64,000 nt of DNA, from contig OY969564.1 in the NCBI GenBank assembly GCA_963701095.1, forward strand, positions 1,216,001-1,280,000, in the 5' to 3' direction. Of the stretch, positions 63,690-64,000 are shown piece after piece; positions within the stretch are counted from its first letter, which is position 1; each line of letters starts with the position of its first letter. This DNA is from an uncultured Methanoregulaceae archaeon. Lineage in GTDB: Archaea; Halobacteriota; Methanomicrobia; Methanomicrobiales; Methanospirillaceae. The translations under genes were made by a program, and so were the position numbers. The notes under the pieces are model-generated. The model searched no databases. It had not been told where the DNA came from and saw only the letters and a program-made list of their open reading frames with translations.

Positions 63690-64000
63690 TTCTCGTGAAC
63701 AGGTACGCACAACCCACCCTGCCAACAGTTCAGCTCGGCGTAGACTTCGGAACCAGTTCGCTGGTCATTTGCATACCAGGACAAGGTAACGACGGATTCC
63801 GTACTCTCGCATTCCCCGGGTGGTCACAGGAGATAACCGGAGCGATTTCTGGTGAAGCGGTCAACGCTGTACCGGTATTGATCCTTTACGATCAGGACGG
63901 GAAGAGAACCATTGGTGATGAAGTTACGCGTGCGGGTGCTGCTGATCATCCAACAACGGCACGTTGGATCCGAAAGTACCTGCTCGAGGAGAGCCCGGTG
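63686..64000 (+). CDS. Hsp70/DnaK-like ATPase, N-terminal part (runs off the window; absent from the ORF track)
   Basis: GTG overlapping the WD40 stop (GTGA) opens 105 stop-free codons: ...VQLGVDFGTSSLVI...VPVLILYDQDGKRTIGDEV..., matching the Hsp70 phosphate-1 motif GxDFGT. Confidence 0.75.
   Translation, partial: MILVNRYAQPTLPTVQLGVDFGTSSLVICIPGQGNDGFRTLAFPGWSQEITGAISGEAVNAVPVLILYDQDGKRTIGDEVTRAGAADHPTTARWIRKYLLEESPV

Overview
A mostly housekeeping stretch of an archaeal methanogen chromosome. Gene content (mch, methanogenesis marker 12, porCDAB, EF-1alpha, L7Ae, S28e, L24e, CetZ, Cdc6, two-domain EndA, solo Cas1) points to Methanomicrobiales, probably Methanoregula-like (inference). It holds about 60 CDSs, one tRNA-Val(TAC) and a box C/D guide sRNA at 38041-38103 whose guide matches 23S helix 69. 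At least 13 genes, including trpS and thrC, are broken by single-base indels, mostly in homopolymers. This most likely reflects long-read consensus error, so split ORFs are rejoined here. Most interesting: (i) a tightly packed operon at the right edge encoding an NrdG-like radical SAM protein, DUF1257, a Ycf46-type AAA ATPase, a HEAT-like/WD40 protein and an Hsp70-like ATPase that the ORF track misses; (ii) an array-less Cas1 with eroded catalytic residues; (iii) a block of three lipoprotein-type ester/phospholipid hydrolases plus SOUL and TspO, lying between the sRNA and a degenerate look-alike of its 5' end; (iv) cetZ coupled to a surface-anchored protein; (v) a K-turn-type leader on rpl7ae. 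All calls come from reading motifs by eye; no database searches were run.
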